Program-made: the position numbers and the translations under genes
In this document: piece after piece, positions 38,180-47,334 of the stretch
How the letters are laid out: every line of letters begins with the position of its first letter
Position numbering within the stretch: the first letter of the stretch is position 1
Notes under the pieces: generated by a model
Databases searched by the model: none
Seen by the model: only the letters and a program-made list of their open reading frames with translations
Told to the model about the DNA's origin: nothing
DNA from: Candidatus Eiseniibacteriota bacterium
GTDB taxonomy: Bacteria > Eisenbacteria > RBG-16-71-46
Direction of reading: 5' to 3'
Length of the DNA stretch: 64,000 nucleotides
Assembly (NCBI GenBank): GCA_963717505.1
Contig: OY970342.1
Coordinates: forward strand, 1,856,001 to 1,920,000

Positions 38180-40600
38180 GTGGACACGCTGTTCCAGGAT
38201 GTTCGCTACGCGTTGCGCTCGCTACGACGCACGCCGATGGTCACGATCCTCGCGGTGCTGTGCCTCGCGATCGGAATCGGAGTCAACACCACCATCTTCA
38301 GCGTGGTCGATGCCGCGTTCCTGAGCCCGTTCGGGTTCGACGAGCAGGACCGGCTGGTGGTGGTCAACGACCGCAGAATCAAGGGGGACGAGGACGACGG
38401 CGCCGGAGTCTCCTACGCAAACCTGAAAGACCTGGACGGCGCGGTGTCGTCGCTGGCCGGGATGGCGGCGGTCACCGACCGCAGCCTGACTCTGTCCGAC
38501 GGTGACGAGCCGCAGCGGTACCAGGGCGCGACCGTGACTTGGGACCTGTTTTCGCTGCTGGGCGTGGACCCCTCGCTCGGCCGCCACTTCCGTGAGGACG
38601 AGGATCAGGCCGGAGCCGCCGGGACGGTCATGCTCGGCGACAAGCTCTGGCGCGAGCGCTACCAGTCCGACCCGAAGATCGTCGGCAAAGCGATTCCAGT
38701 GAACGGCAAGCTGCACACGGTGATCGGCGTCATGCCGCCGCGCTTCGCATTCCCGCGCCGGCACGAGCTATGGATTCCGGTGGCGCCGATCGAGGCGGCG
38801 AACCCGCGCTCTAATCGCAACCTCGAGGTCTATGCCCGGCTGGCGCCGGGCGTCACGCTCGACCGCGCGCGCAACGAGATCGAGGCCGCGTCGTCGCGAC
38901 TCGCCGAGGTCTACCCGGCCGAGAACCAGGGCTGGGTCACCCGCCTGCGCCCGCTGCGGGAGGCACTGTTTCCGAAGGAGGACCGTCTGTCGATCCTGGC
39001 GATGATGGCGGCGGTCACCTGCGTGCTGCTGATCGCCTGCGCCAACGTCGCCAACCTGATGCTCACCCGCGCGACCGCGCGCGCCCGCGAGATCGCGATC
39101 CGCTCGGCGATCGGCGCCGGTCGCGGCCGGATCGTCCGCCAGCTGCTCACCGAGAGCGTGGTGATCGCGCTCGCGGCCGGGGCACTCGGCAGCCTGATCG
39201 CGGTCTGGGGACTCGACCTGATCGACGCCGCGATCTCGCCTGAGAATCGTCCCCCTTACTACTTCCAGTGGAAGATCGACCAGACCGCGCTGCTCTACAC
39301 CTTGGTGATCTCGATCGCGACCGGGATCCTGTTCGGACTCGCCCCCGCGATTCAGGCGTCGAAGGAGAACCTGACCAACGCGCTCAAGGACGGCGCGCGC
39401 GGCGCGCTGGCCGGGGGTCGCAATCGGCTGCGCAAGGGGCTGGTGATCGCCGAAGTCGCTCTGGCCCTGGTGTTGCTGGTTTCGGCGGCGCTGTTCGTCC
39501 GCAGCTTCACGACGCTCCAGGACCGGGAAGTCGGCTTCGATCCGTCGCGACTGATGACGCTGCGCATCTACCTGCCCGGCGAAGCCTACGTGCCGGACGA
39601 AGCCAAGCGGCTGCGGCTCGAGGACCTGGTGCGCCGCATCGAAGCGCTGCCGGGGGTCGAAGCCGCGGTCGCATCGAACACGATCGTGATGTCGGGGGGC
39701 GGTGGCGAGGACGGACTGATCATCGAAGGCCGCGACGTGGTTCGGGGCGAGGAGCCGCTGGCGTACTACACCGGCGTCACCGCGCACTGGCACCGGACGC
39801 TTGACGTGCCGATCGTGCGCGGCCGCGATCTGACCGAGTCCGAGGCGCAGACACGCTCGGGTGTGGCGGTGGTCACCGAGTCGTTCGGGCGCCGGCACTG
39901 GCCGGACCAGGATGCGATCGGCCGGCGCTTCGCGTTCGCCAACGAGGCCGAGCGGCAGTGGATCACGGTGGTCGGTATCGCACGTGACTACCACGTGAGC
40001 GGAGTCGACGACCGTGATGTCGTCCCGTTCATGGTGGTCGGCTATCCCTATGTGCCCACGCTCAACAACGGGATCACCGTTCGTGCCAAGTCCGGCGACC
40101 CGGCGCGCCTGATGCCCGCGATCCGCGGCGCGATCCGGGCCTCGGACGCGAGCCTTCCGGTGTTCGCGGTCAACACCATGGACGAGGTCCGCCGCGCCAG
40201 CTTCTGGGAGTACGGACTGTTCGGCTCGATGTTCACCATCTTCGGCGGCATCGCGCTATTGCTCGCGACGATCGGGGTCTACGGGGTCATCGCCTACGGC
40301 GTCAGCCAGCGGACCCACGAGATCGGCGTGCGCATGGCGCTCGGCGCTCATGAGCGCGACGTGCTCGGCATGGTGATGGGTCAGGGGTTGACGCTCGCCG
40401 GAATCGGCATCGGCATCGGGCTGGTCGCAGCCCTCGGCGCCGGCCGAGTGATCGCGAGCATCCTGTTCACCAGCCCGAGCGACCCGGTGAGCTTCGTCGG
40501 CATCGCCGTGCTGCTGACCGCGACCGTGGCGCTGGCGAGCTGGGTGCCGGCACGCCGCGCCGCCCGCGTCGATCCCATGGTCGCGCTTCGGCAGGACTAG
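38180..40600 (+). CDS. ABC permease, duplicated MacB/FtsX (ADOP-like) 1
   Basis: QDVRYALRSL, LLIACANVANL, REIAIRSAIGA, EIGVRMALGA and PARRAARVDPMVALR. Confidence 0.92.
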   Translation: MDTLFQDVRYALRSLRRTPMVTILAVLCLAIGIGVNTTIFSVVDAAFLSPFGFDEQDRLVVVNDRRIKGDEDDGAGVSYANLKDLDGAVSSLAGMAAVTDRSLTLSDGDEPQRYQGATVTWDLFSLLGVDPSLGRHFREDEDQAGAAGTVMLGDKLWRERYQSDPKIVGKAIPVNGKLHTVIGVMPPRFAFPRRHELWIPVAPIEAANPRSNRNLEVYARLAPGVTLDRARNEIEAASSRLAEVYPAENQGWVTRLRPLREALFPKEDRLSILAMMAAVTCVLLIACANVANLMLTRATARAREIAIRSAIGAGRGRIVRQLLTESVVIALAAGALGSLIAVWGLDLIDAAISPENRPPYYFQWKIDQTALLYTLVISIATGILFGLAPAIQASKENLTNALKDGARGALAGGRNRLRKGLVIAEVALALVLLVSAALFVRSFTTLQDREVGFDPSRLMTLRIYLPGEAYVPDEAKRLRLEDLVRRIEALPGVEAAVASNTIVMSGGGGEDGLIIEGRDVVRGEEPLAYYTGVTAHWHRTLDVPIVRGRDLTESEAQTRSGVAVVTESFGRRHWPDQDAIGRRFAFANEAERQWITVVGIARDYHVSGVDDRDVVPFMVVGYPYVPTLNNGITVRAKSGDPARLMPAIRGAIRASDASLPVFAVNTMDEVRRASFWEYGLFGSMFTIFGGIALLLATIGVYGVIAYGVSQRTHEIGVRMALGAHERDVLGMVMGQGLTLAGIGIGIGLVAALGAGRVIASILFTSPSDPVSFVGIAVLLTATVALASWVPARRAARVDPMVALRQD

Positions 40601-40602
40601 TC

Positions 40603-43044
40603 ATGGACGCCATCTTGCGCGATCTACGCCACGCCGTGCGCTCGTTGAGCCGGGCTCCGGGCCTGGTGATTGTCGTCGTCCTGTCGCTGGCACTCGGGAT
40701 CGGAGCCAATTCGACGGTGTTCAGCCTGATGAATGCCGTCGTGTTGCGGCCCATGCCCGCGGATCGGCCGGAGGAGCTGGCGATCCTCTACACCAGCGAG
40801 TCCGACGGCCGGAAGTGGGGCACGACGTCCTATCCGGACTACTTGGACTTCCGCGACGACGTGCGCGCGTTCCGGAGCCTCGGCGCCTACAGCGTGGCCC
40901 CGATCCAGCTCGCGAGCGGCGACGATCCGGCGCGGCGCGTCTTAGGGGGGATCGCCACCGGCAACTACTTCACCACGCTCGGGGTCGAAGCCGCCCTGGG
41001 CCGCACGCTCCAGCCGGCCGACGATGAGGCTCCGGGCGCGAGCCCTGTGGCGGTGCTGAGTCACAGCCTGTGGTCGCGAGCGTTTGGCAGCGACCCGACG
41101 GTGGTCGGACGGACCGTGCGGGTGAACGGCCATCCGTTCAGCGTGGTGGGTGTACTGCCGGAGCGCTTCAAAGGGCTGATGATGGGACTCGCGCCCGACC
41201 TCTGGGTGCCCACCGCCATGGTCGGCGCCGCCAATCCGAGCAGCGACCTGCTGACTCAGCGCGGCGGCCGATCCCTGATGGTCGTCGGCCGGCTCGCGCC
41301 CGGAGTCGACATTCGCGCCGCACGAGCCGAGTTGGACGGCGTGATGAGCCGGCTGGCCGCCGAGCATGTCGCCGACAGCGGCCGGGTGGCGACTCTGCTT
41401 CCGGAACGCGAAGCCCGAGTCATGCCCCAGGCGCGCGGCGCGCTTGTTGGATTCTTCGGTCTGCTGCTGGCGATCGTCGCCCTGGTGCTGGCGATCGCCT
41501 GCCTCAACGTTGCCGGCTTGATGCTGGCCCGGACCACGACCCGGCGGCGCGAGATCGGTATTCGACTGGCGCTCGGAGCCAGCCGGGCTCGACTGGTTCG
41601 CCAGCTCCTCACCGAGTGCGTCCTGCTCTCGCTGCTGGGCGGCGCTGCTGGACTGCTGCTCGCACAGTGGGGCACCGATCTCCTGCTCGCCTTCCGTCCG
41701 CCTTTGCCGTTCGACGTGGTGATCGACCTGAGGCCAGACGGCCGGGTGCTGGCGTTCACCATCCTGATTGCAATGGCAACCGGCATCGGCTTCGGTCTGG
41801 CGCCGGCGCTCGAGGCGGTTCGCCCCGACGTCCAGCCGGCGCTACGCGACACCGCGGGTGGGCCGCGCCGCTCGCGCATGCGCAGCGTTCTGGTCGTGGT
41901 TCAGGTGGCGCTGACCGTGGTGCTGCTCGCGGGCGCCGGACTCTTCCTGCGCGGACTCGAGCGCGCGGTGACGCTCGATCCGGGATTCGTCCCCGAGAAT
42001 CTCCACGCTCTGTCGTTCGACCTCGAGCTGACCGGCTACTCCACTGAACGAGGCTGGGCCTTCCAGGAACAATTGCTCGAGCGGGTGTCGGCGCTGGACG
42101 CGGTCGAGTCGGCGGCGATCACCGAGTACCTGCCGATGTCGCTGGGCTGGAGCAGGACCACGGTGTCGGTCGAGGGCGAGCCACCGCATGAAGGTTCGCC
42201 GCCCGAGATCTCGACCGGAATCGTGTCCGCGGGCTACTTCAAGACGATGCGGATTCCCATCGTCCACGGACGCGAGTTCTCGTCGTCAGATCGCGACGGC
42301 AGTCAGCCGGTGGCGATCGTGAACCAGAAGTTCGCGGAGATGCACTGGGCCGACCAGAATCCGATCGGCCGGCGGATCACGTTCGACGAGAACGGCCAGA
42401 CCGGCTGGATGACCGTGGTCGGCGTGGCGCGCAACGGCAAGTACCAACTCATCAACGAAGACCCGAGACCGTTCGTCTACGTGCTTTCGAGCCAGGCGGC
42501 GACCGAGCAACTGACTCTGGTGGCGCGTATCCCCGGCGATCCGCGCCAGGGTCTGGCCGCCATTCAGTCCGTCCTACGCTCTCTCGATCCCACGCTGCCG
42601 GTGTTCGAGATCCGGGCGGTCGAGGAGCTGCTGGGCGTGACGCTCACCCCGCTACGCATGGTGTCGTCGCTGCTCGCCGGGTTCGGCGTGCTGGGCATGC
42701 TCCTGGCCGCCATCGGGCTCTCCGGGCTGGTCGCGTTCTCGGCCAGCCAACGCACGCGCGAGATCGGCATTCGGTTGGCCCTAGGTGCGGTGCCCGAGCA
42801 GATCCTTTCGCTGGTACTCGGCCAGGGGATGCGTCTCGCATGGCTCGGGCTCGCGATCGGCTCCGTCCTCGCGGTTGCTGTGACCGGTCTGGTGCGTTCC
42901 TGGTTGTTCGGAGTCAGCTCCGCGGATCCATTGACCTATGCGGCAGTCACGTTGCTGATCACCGGAGTCACACTGCTCGCGGCCTGGATTCCCGCCCGCC
43001 GCGCGGCGCGTGTCGACCCCATGGTCGCCTTGAGACAAGAGTGA
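40603..43044 (+). CDS. ABC permease, duplicated MacB/FtsX (ADOP-like) 2
   Basis: Same duplicated MacB-PCD/FtsX architecture and C-terminal VDPMVALRQE. Confidence 0.92.
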   Translation: MDAILRDLRHAVRSLSRAPGLVIVVVLSLALGIGANSTVFSLMNAVVLRPMPADRPEELAILYTSESDGRKWGTTSYPDYLDFRDDVRAFRSLGAYSVAPIQLASGDDPARRVLGGIATGNYFTTLGVEAALGRTLQPADDEAPGASPVAVLSHSLWSRAFGSDPTVVGRTVRVNGHPFSVVGVLPERFKGLMMGLAPDLWVPTAMVGAANPSSDLLTQRGGRSLMVVGRLAPGVDIRAARAELDGVMSRLAAEHVADSGRVATLLPEREARVMPQARGALVGFFGLLLAIVALVLAIACLNVAGLMLARTTTRRREIGIRLALGASRARLVRQLLTECVLLSLLGGAAGLLLAQWGTDLLLAFRPPLPFDVVIDLRPDGRVLAFTILIAMATGIGFGLAPALEAVRPDVQPALRDTAGGPRRSRMRSVLVVVQVALTVVLLAGAGLFLRGLERAVTLDPGFVPENLHALSFDLELTGYSTERGWAFQEQLLERVSALDAVESAAITEYLPMSLGWSRTTVSVEGEPPHEGSPPEISTGIVSAGYFKTMRIPIVHGREFSSSDRDGSQPVAIVNQKFAEMHWADQNPIGRRITFDENGQTGWMTVVGVARNGKYQLINEDPRPFVYVLSSQAATEQLTLVARIPGDPRQGLAAIQSVLRSLDPTLPVFEIRAVEELLGVTLTPLRMVSSLLAGFGVLGMLLAAIGLSGLVAFSASQRTREIGIRLALGAVPEQILSLVLGQGMRLAWLGLAIGSVLAVAVTGLVRSWLFGVSSADPLTYAAVTLLITGVTLLAAWIPARRAARVDPMVALRQE

Positions 43045-43054
43045 GGAGATTGCG

Positions 43055-45463
43055 ATGACAGGCATCGGTCAGGATCTGCGTTTCGCGTGGCGCATGCTCG
43101 CCAAGAGTCCAGGCTTCACCGCGGTGGTCGTGGTGGTGATGGGACTCGGCATCGGCGTCAATGCCAGCATTTTCACCGCGGTGCGTGGCATCCTCCTTCG
43201 CCCGCTGCCGTTCTTCGAGCCCGATCGCATCATGGCGATCCAGTCGGCTGCACTCAATCGCCAGGGCGAGTACATGGAGATGTCGTCTCCCGACTATTCC
43301 GACGTGGCCACGCGGTCCAAATCGTTCACCGCGCTCGGCGCCTGGACCGAGAGCCAGGCGTACCTGACGATCGGCAACGATCCCGAGCGCTTTGAAAGCG
43401 GGATGATCACGCCGTCTCTGTTCGGCGTGCTGGGTGTTCGCCCGATCCTCGGTCGCGACTTCCTGCCCGAGGAAGGCGTCGAAGGCAAGCAGCTTTCATC
43501 GGTCCTGATCAGCCATCGCATCTGGAAGAATCGGCTCGGCTCCGATCCCGACGTCGTGGGTCGCACCTTCCGGATGAACGGCCGGGTGCGCACCGTAGTC
43601 GGGGTCATGGGACCCGGATTCCAGTTCCCCGAGACCGCGGACTTCTGGATCCCGATGGCGTTGGACCCCGTCAAAGATCACCGAGCCGGGCGGTTCCTGG
43701 ACGTGGCCGCTCGCCTGCGTCCGGGCGTGACGGCGGCCGCCGCTGGTGCTGAGGTCCAAGGCGTCGCCCAGGTCGTGGCGCGCGTACATCCCGAGACCAA
43801 CGAACATATTGGCGCCCGCGTTCTACCGCTGCGCGAGTCAATGGTCGAGGAGGTCCGGCCGGCGATGGCCATGCTCATGGTCGCCGTCGGATTCGTGTTG
43901 CTCATCGCCTGCGCCAACGTGGCGAATCTGATGCTGGCTCGCGCTTCGGCGAGGCAACGCGAGCTAGGATTGCGCACAGCCCTCGGTGCCGGCCGTGCGC
44001 GCATCGCGCGTCAGTTGTTGACCGAGAGCCTGCTGGTCGCTGGACTCGGCGGGGCGCTCGGGGTGGTCATCGCGTACTGGGCCAACGACCTGATCCTGGC
44101 CTCGATTCCCCAGGAGCTGCCGTTCTGGATGCGAATCGAGGTCGATGGCATGGTCCTGCTCTACGCGATCCTGATCACGCTGGGTTCGGGCATTCTGTTC
44201 GGGTTGGCGCCGCTGCTGCACATGTCGGTGCGCCGGCTCCAGGAGTCGATTCGGGAAGGCAGCGGCCAGTCCGGCGTCGGCCGCGGCGCGGCGCGAGTGC
44301 GCAACGCGCTGGTGGTCGCCGAAGTCGCGCTGGCCATGGTGCTGCTGGTCGGCGCCGGTCTCATGATCCGGAGCTTCCTGTACAAGCAGGAAGTGCGCGG
44401 AGCCCTCGATCCGAGCGGGGTGCTCACGGGCCGCGTCACGCTGCCGGTCGCCAGCTACACCGACGACGATGCCCGGCGCCGATTCTTCACCGAAGTGGTG
44501 CAGCGGGTGGCGGCGTTGCCCGGTGTGACTCGAGCCTCGGCGATCAACGTGCTGCCGATGGGGAACGACCTGTGGATCACGTCCGTGATGCGTGAGGGGA
44601 CCGAGGACGTGCGCAGCAATGCCCCAGACGTCGGCTTCGCGTTCATCCTGCCTGGCTATTTCGAAACCATGCGAATCCAGTTGGTCGCTGGGCGCGAGTT
44701 CACCTGGGACGATGACCAGGATGCTCCGCCGGTCGCGATCGTCAACCAGTCGGCCGCGCGCCAGCTGTGGCCGGGCGAGGATCCGATTGGCAAGCGATTC
44801 GCGACCAGCTTCACCGACTCGGGCGCCGTGCTCACCGTGATCGGCGTCGTCACCGACGTTCGGCCGCACGCCGAGCACAGCCGGGTCGCCCAGTTGTTCG
44901 TACCGCACCTTGCGGATCCGGTGCAGACCATGACCCTGGTGGTGCGGACCGAGGGCGAGCCTGCGGCCCTGACTCCGGCCATCCGCGGCTTGCTTCGGGA
45001 ACGCGACCCCGATCTGCCGTTCTACGACGTAGCGAGCATGTCGGCCTCGATGAGCCGCGCCCTGTGGGAGCCACGGCTCTACACCTGGTTGATGAGCGTC
45101 TACTCGGTTCTGGCGGTGGTGCTCGCCGCGGTTGGCATTTACGGCGTCATGGCGTTCCGGGTCGCCCAGCGCACGCAGGAGATCGGCATCCGCATGGCGC
45201 TGGGCGCCGCCCAGAGCACGGTCCTGCGCATGGTGGTCGGCCAGGGCTTGTTATTGGCGGTGATCGGACTCGGAATTGGCACAGCGGGGGCCTACGGACT
45301 CACCCGCTTCATGGCCGACTTGCTGTTCGGCGTGCGGGCCGATGACCCGCCGACCTTCGTCGGCGTGGCGGTGATCCTGGCGGTGACCGCGGTGCTGGCG
45401 TGCTGGGTGCCCGCGTATCGCGCCTCGCGCGTCGACCCGATGGTCGCGCTCCGACACGAGTGA
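43055..45463 (+). CDS. ABC permease, duplicated MacB/FtsX (ADOP-like) 3
   Basis: QDLRFAWRML, LLIACANVANL, EIGIRMALGA and VDPMVALRHE. Confidence 0.92.
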   Translation: MTGIGQDLRFAWRMLAKSPGFTAVVVVVMGLGIGVNASIFTAVRGILLRPLPFFEPDRIMAIQSAALNRQGEYMEMSSPDYSDVATRSKSFTALGAWTESQAYLTIGNDPERFESGMITPSLFGVLGVRPILGRDFLPEEGVEGKQLSSVLISHRIWKNRLGSDPDVVGRTFRMNGRVRTVVGVMGPGFQFPETADFWIPMALDPVKDHRAGRFLDVAARLRPGVTAAAAGAEVQGVAQVVARVHPETNEHIGARVLPLRESMVEEVRPAMAMLMVAVGFVLLIACANVANLMLARASARQRELGLRTALGAGRARIARQLLTESLLVAGLGGALGVVIAYWANDLILASIPQELPFWMRIEVDGMVLLYAILITLGSGILFGLAPLLHMSVRRLQESIREGSGQSGVGRGAARVRNALVVAEVALAMVLLVGAGLMIRSFLYKQEVRGALDPSGVLTGRVTLPVASYTDDDARRRFFTEVVQRVAALPGVTRASAINVLPMGNDLWITSVMREGTEDVRSNAPDVGFAFILPGYFETMRIQLVAGREFTWDDDQDAPPVAIVNQSAARQLWPGEDPIGKRFATSFTDSGAVLTVIGVVTDVRPHAEHSRVAQLFVPHLADPVQTMTLVVRTEGEPAALTPAIRGLLRERDPDLPFYDVASMSASMSRALWEPRLYTWLMSVYSVLAVVLAAVGIYGVMAFRVAQRTQEIGIRMALGAAQSTVLRMVVGQGLLLAVIGLGIGTAGAYGLTRFMADLLFGVRADDPPTFVGVAVILAVTAVLACWVPAYRASRVDPMVALRHE

Positions 45464-45471
45464 GGGACATC

Positions 45472-46572
45472 ATGCGAACTCGAGCCTTTTGGTGGCTGTT
45501 GGCGCTCGCGACGGGCATCGGTCTGCTCGCCGCCCTGGCGCCGATCCCGAGGGCGTTGGCGGCCGAGAGTCCGCTCGATCTGATCGAGCGCGGACGTTGG
45601 CGCGAAGCAAAGGCGATCCTCGAGCCGCGGGTCGCCGCGAATGCGTCCGACGCCGAGGCGGCCTGGCTGCTGTCGCGGGTGCGGCTGGCCTATGACGACA
45701 ACCAGGGCGCGCTCCAACTGGCCGAGAAGGCGGTGGCACTCGACGACGCCGACGCGCGTTTCCACGAGCAGCTGGCGATGGTGCTGGGCGACAAGGCGCA
45801 GGATGCCGGTCCGTTGTCGCAGATGCGTCTCGCCGGAAAATTCAAGAAGGAGGCGGATCGCGCGGTCGCGCTCGATCCGCGCCGCTTCCGGGCGCAGCAA
45901 GCGCTGCTGTCCTTCTACGTGAAAGCGCCGGGGATCGCCGGCGGCAGCAAGGAGAAGGCGCGCGCCAAGGCGGAAGAGATCCTGGCGCTCGATCCGGTCG
46001 AAGGCCAACTCGCGCACGCCCGGCTGGCGATGGAGCTGAAGGATTCGACGGCGGCGCTCGATCGCTATCGCAAGGCCGTGGCCGCCGACCCCGAGAGTTA
46101 TGAGGCGCGGATTGCACTGGCGAGCGCCCTGGCACAGCGGCCCGCGAACCTGGCGGAGGCCGAGCAGCATGCACTCGAAGCCCGGCGCATCGACTCCGGC
46201 CGCATCGGATCGTGGGCGTTGCTGGCCGGCATTTACGCGCACAACAGACGCTGGCCGGAACTCGATGCTCTGCTCGCGGAAGCACGCAGCGCGGTGCCCG
46301 GCAATCGCTCGGCCGAGTACTCGGCGGCGCGCACGATGGTCGTCACGCGCAGCGATCCGGCGCGCGCCGAACGACTGCTGCGCGACTACCTCACCGTCGA
46401 GCCGGAACCGGAATCCCCCGGACGTGCCGCCGCTCACTGGCGGCTGGCGCTGGCGCTCGAGCAGCAGGACCGCGGCCGCGAAGCCGTCGCCGAGCTGGAA
46501 TCGGCGGTTCGACTGGATCCCGATTTCGAGCCGGCGAAGAAAGACCTGAAACGCATGAGGAAGCAATCATGA
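45472..46572 (+). CDS. Exported tetratricopeptide repeat protein
   Basis: Signal peptide, Ala-rich helical TPR-like repeats and a KAPGIAGGS motif; ATGA overlap with the next gene. Confidence 0.8.
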   Translation: MRTRAFWWLLALATGIGLLAALAPIPRALAAESPLDLIERGRWREAKAILEPRVAANASDAEAAWLLSRVRLAYDDNQGALQLAEKAVALDDADARFHEQLAMVLGDKAQDAGPLSQMRLAGKFKKEADRAVALDPRRFRAQQALLSFYVKAPGIAGGSKEKARAKAEEILALDPVEGQLAHARLAMELKDSTAALDRYRKAVAADPESYEARIALASALAQRPANLAEAEQHALEARRIDSGRIGSWALLAGIYAHNRRWPELDALLAEARSAVPGNRSAEYSAARTMVVTRSDPARAERLLRDYLTVEPEPESPGRAAAHWRLALALEQQDRGREAVAELESAVRLDPDFEPAKKDLKRMRKQS

Positions 46573-47327
46573 ACGGCACACAGCACGTCCCGACCACGGG
46601 CGAGGGGCCGGGGAACGTAGCCGCCACCGGAACGCTCCTGCGCACGGTTGGCCTCGACAAGAACTTCGGCCAGGGCAATGCCCGAACCTGGGTGCTGCGC
46701 GGCGTGTCGCTCGAAGTGCAGGAAGGCGAATTCGTCTCGATCATGGGGCCGTCGGGGGCCGGCAAGTCGACGCTGCTCCACATCCTCGGCATGCACGAAA
46801 GTGCGTGGGAAGGCGAGTACTGGTTCCTCGACGAGCCGGTGCACGCGCTCAAGCCTCACGCCCGGGCGGCGCTGCGCAACCGGAACATCGGCTTCGTCTT
46901 CCAGCAGTACCACTTGCTCGACGACCTGACCGTCTACGAGAACATCGAGATCCCGCTCAGCTACCGCAACGTGCCCAAGTCCGAGCGCGCCGGCATCGTC
47001 GCCGAGGTGCTCGACCGTTTCCAGATCGTGGGCAAGAAGGACCTGTATCCGCGCCAGCTCTCGGGCGGCCAGCAGCAGCTGGTGGCGATCGCGCGCGCGA
47101 TCGTGGCCAAGCCGCGGCTGATTCTCGCCGACGAGCCGACCGGCAACCTGCACTCCGACCAGGGTCGCGAAATCATGGAGCTGTTCGAGCGCCTGAACCG
47201 GGCCGGCACCACCATCCTGCAAGTCACTCATTCCGACAGCAATGCCCGCTACGGGCACCGCGTCATTCGCCTGCGCGACGGTTGGATCGATGCCGCTCGG
47301 TCGGAAGGCGCGACCCCTTCCGTGTGA
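46569..47327 (+). CDS. ABC transporter ATP-binding protein (LolD/MacB type) 2
   Basis: GPSGAGKST, LSGGQQQLVAIARA and LADEPTGNL. Confidence 0.93.
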   Translation: MNGTQHVPTTGEGPGNVAATGTLLRTVGLDKNFGQGNARTWVLRGVSLEVQEGEFVSIMGPSGAGKSTLLHILGMHESAWEGEYWFLDEPVHALKPHARAALRNRNIGFVFQQYHLLDDLTVYENIEIPLSYRNVPKSERAGIVAEVLDRFQIVGKKDLYPRQLSGGQQQLVAIARAIVAKPRLILADEPTGNLHSDQGREIMELFERLNRAGTTILQVTHSDSNARYGHRVIRLRDGWIDAARSEGATPSV

Positions 47328-47334
47328 GGCGGCC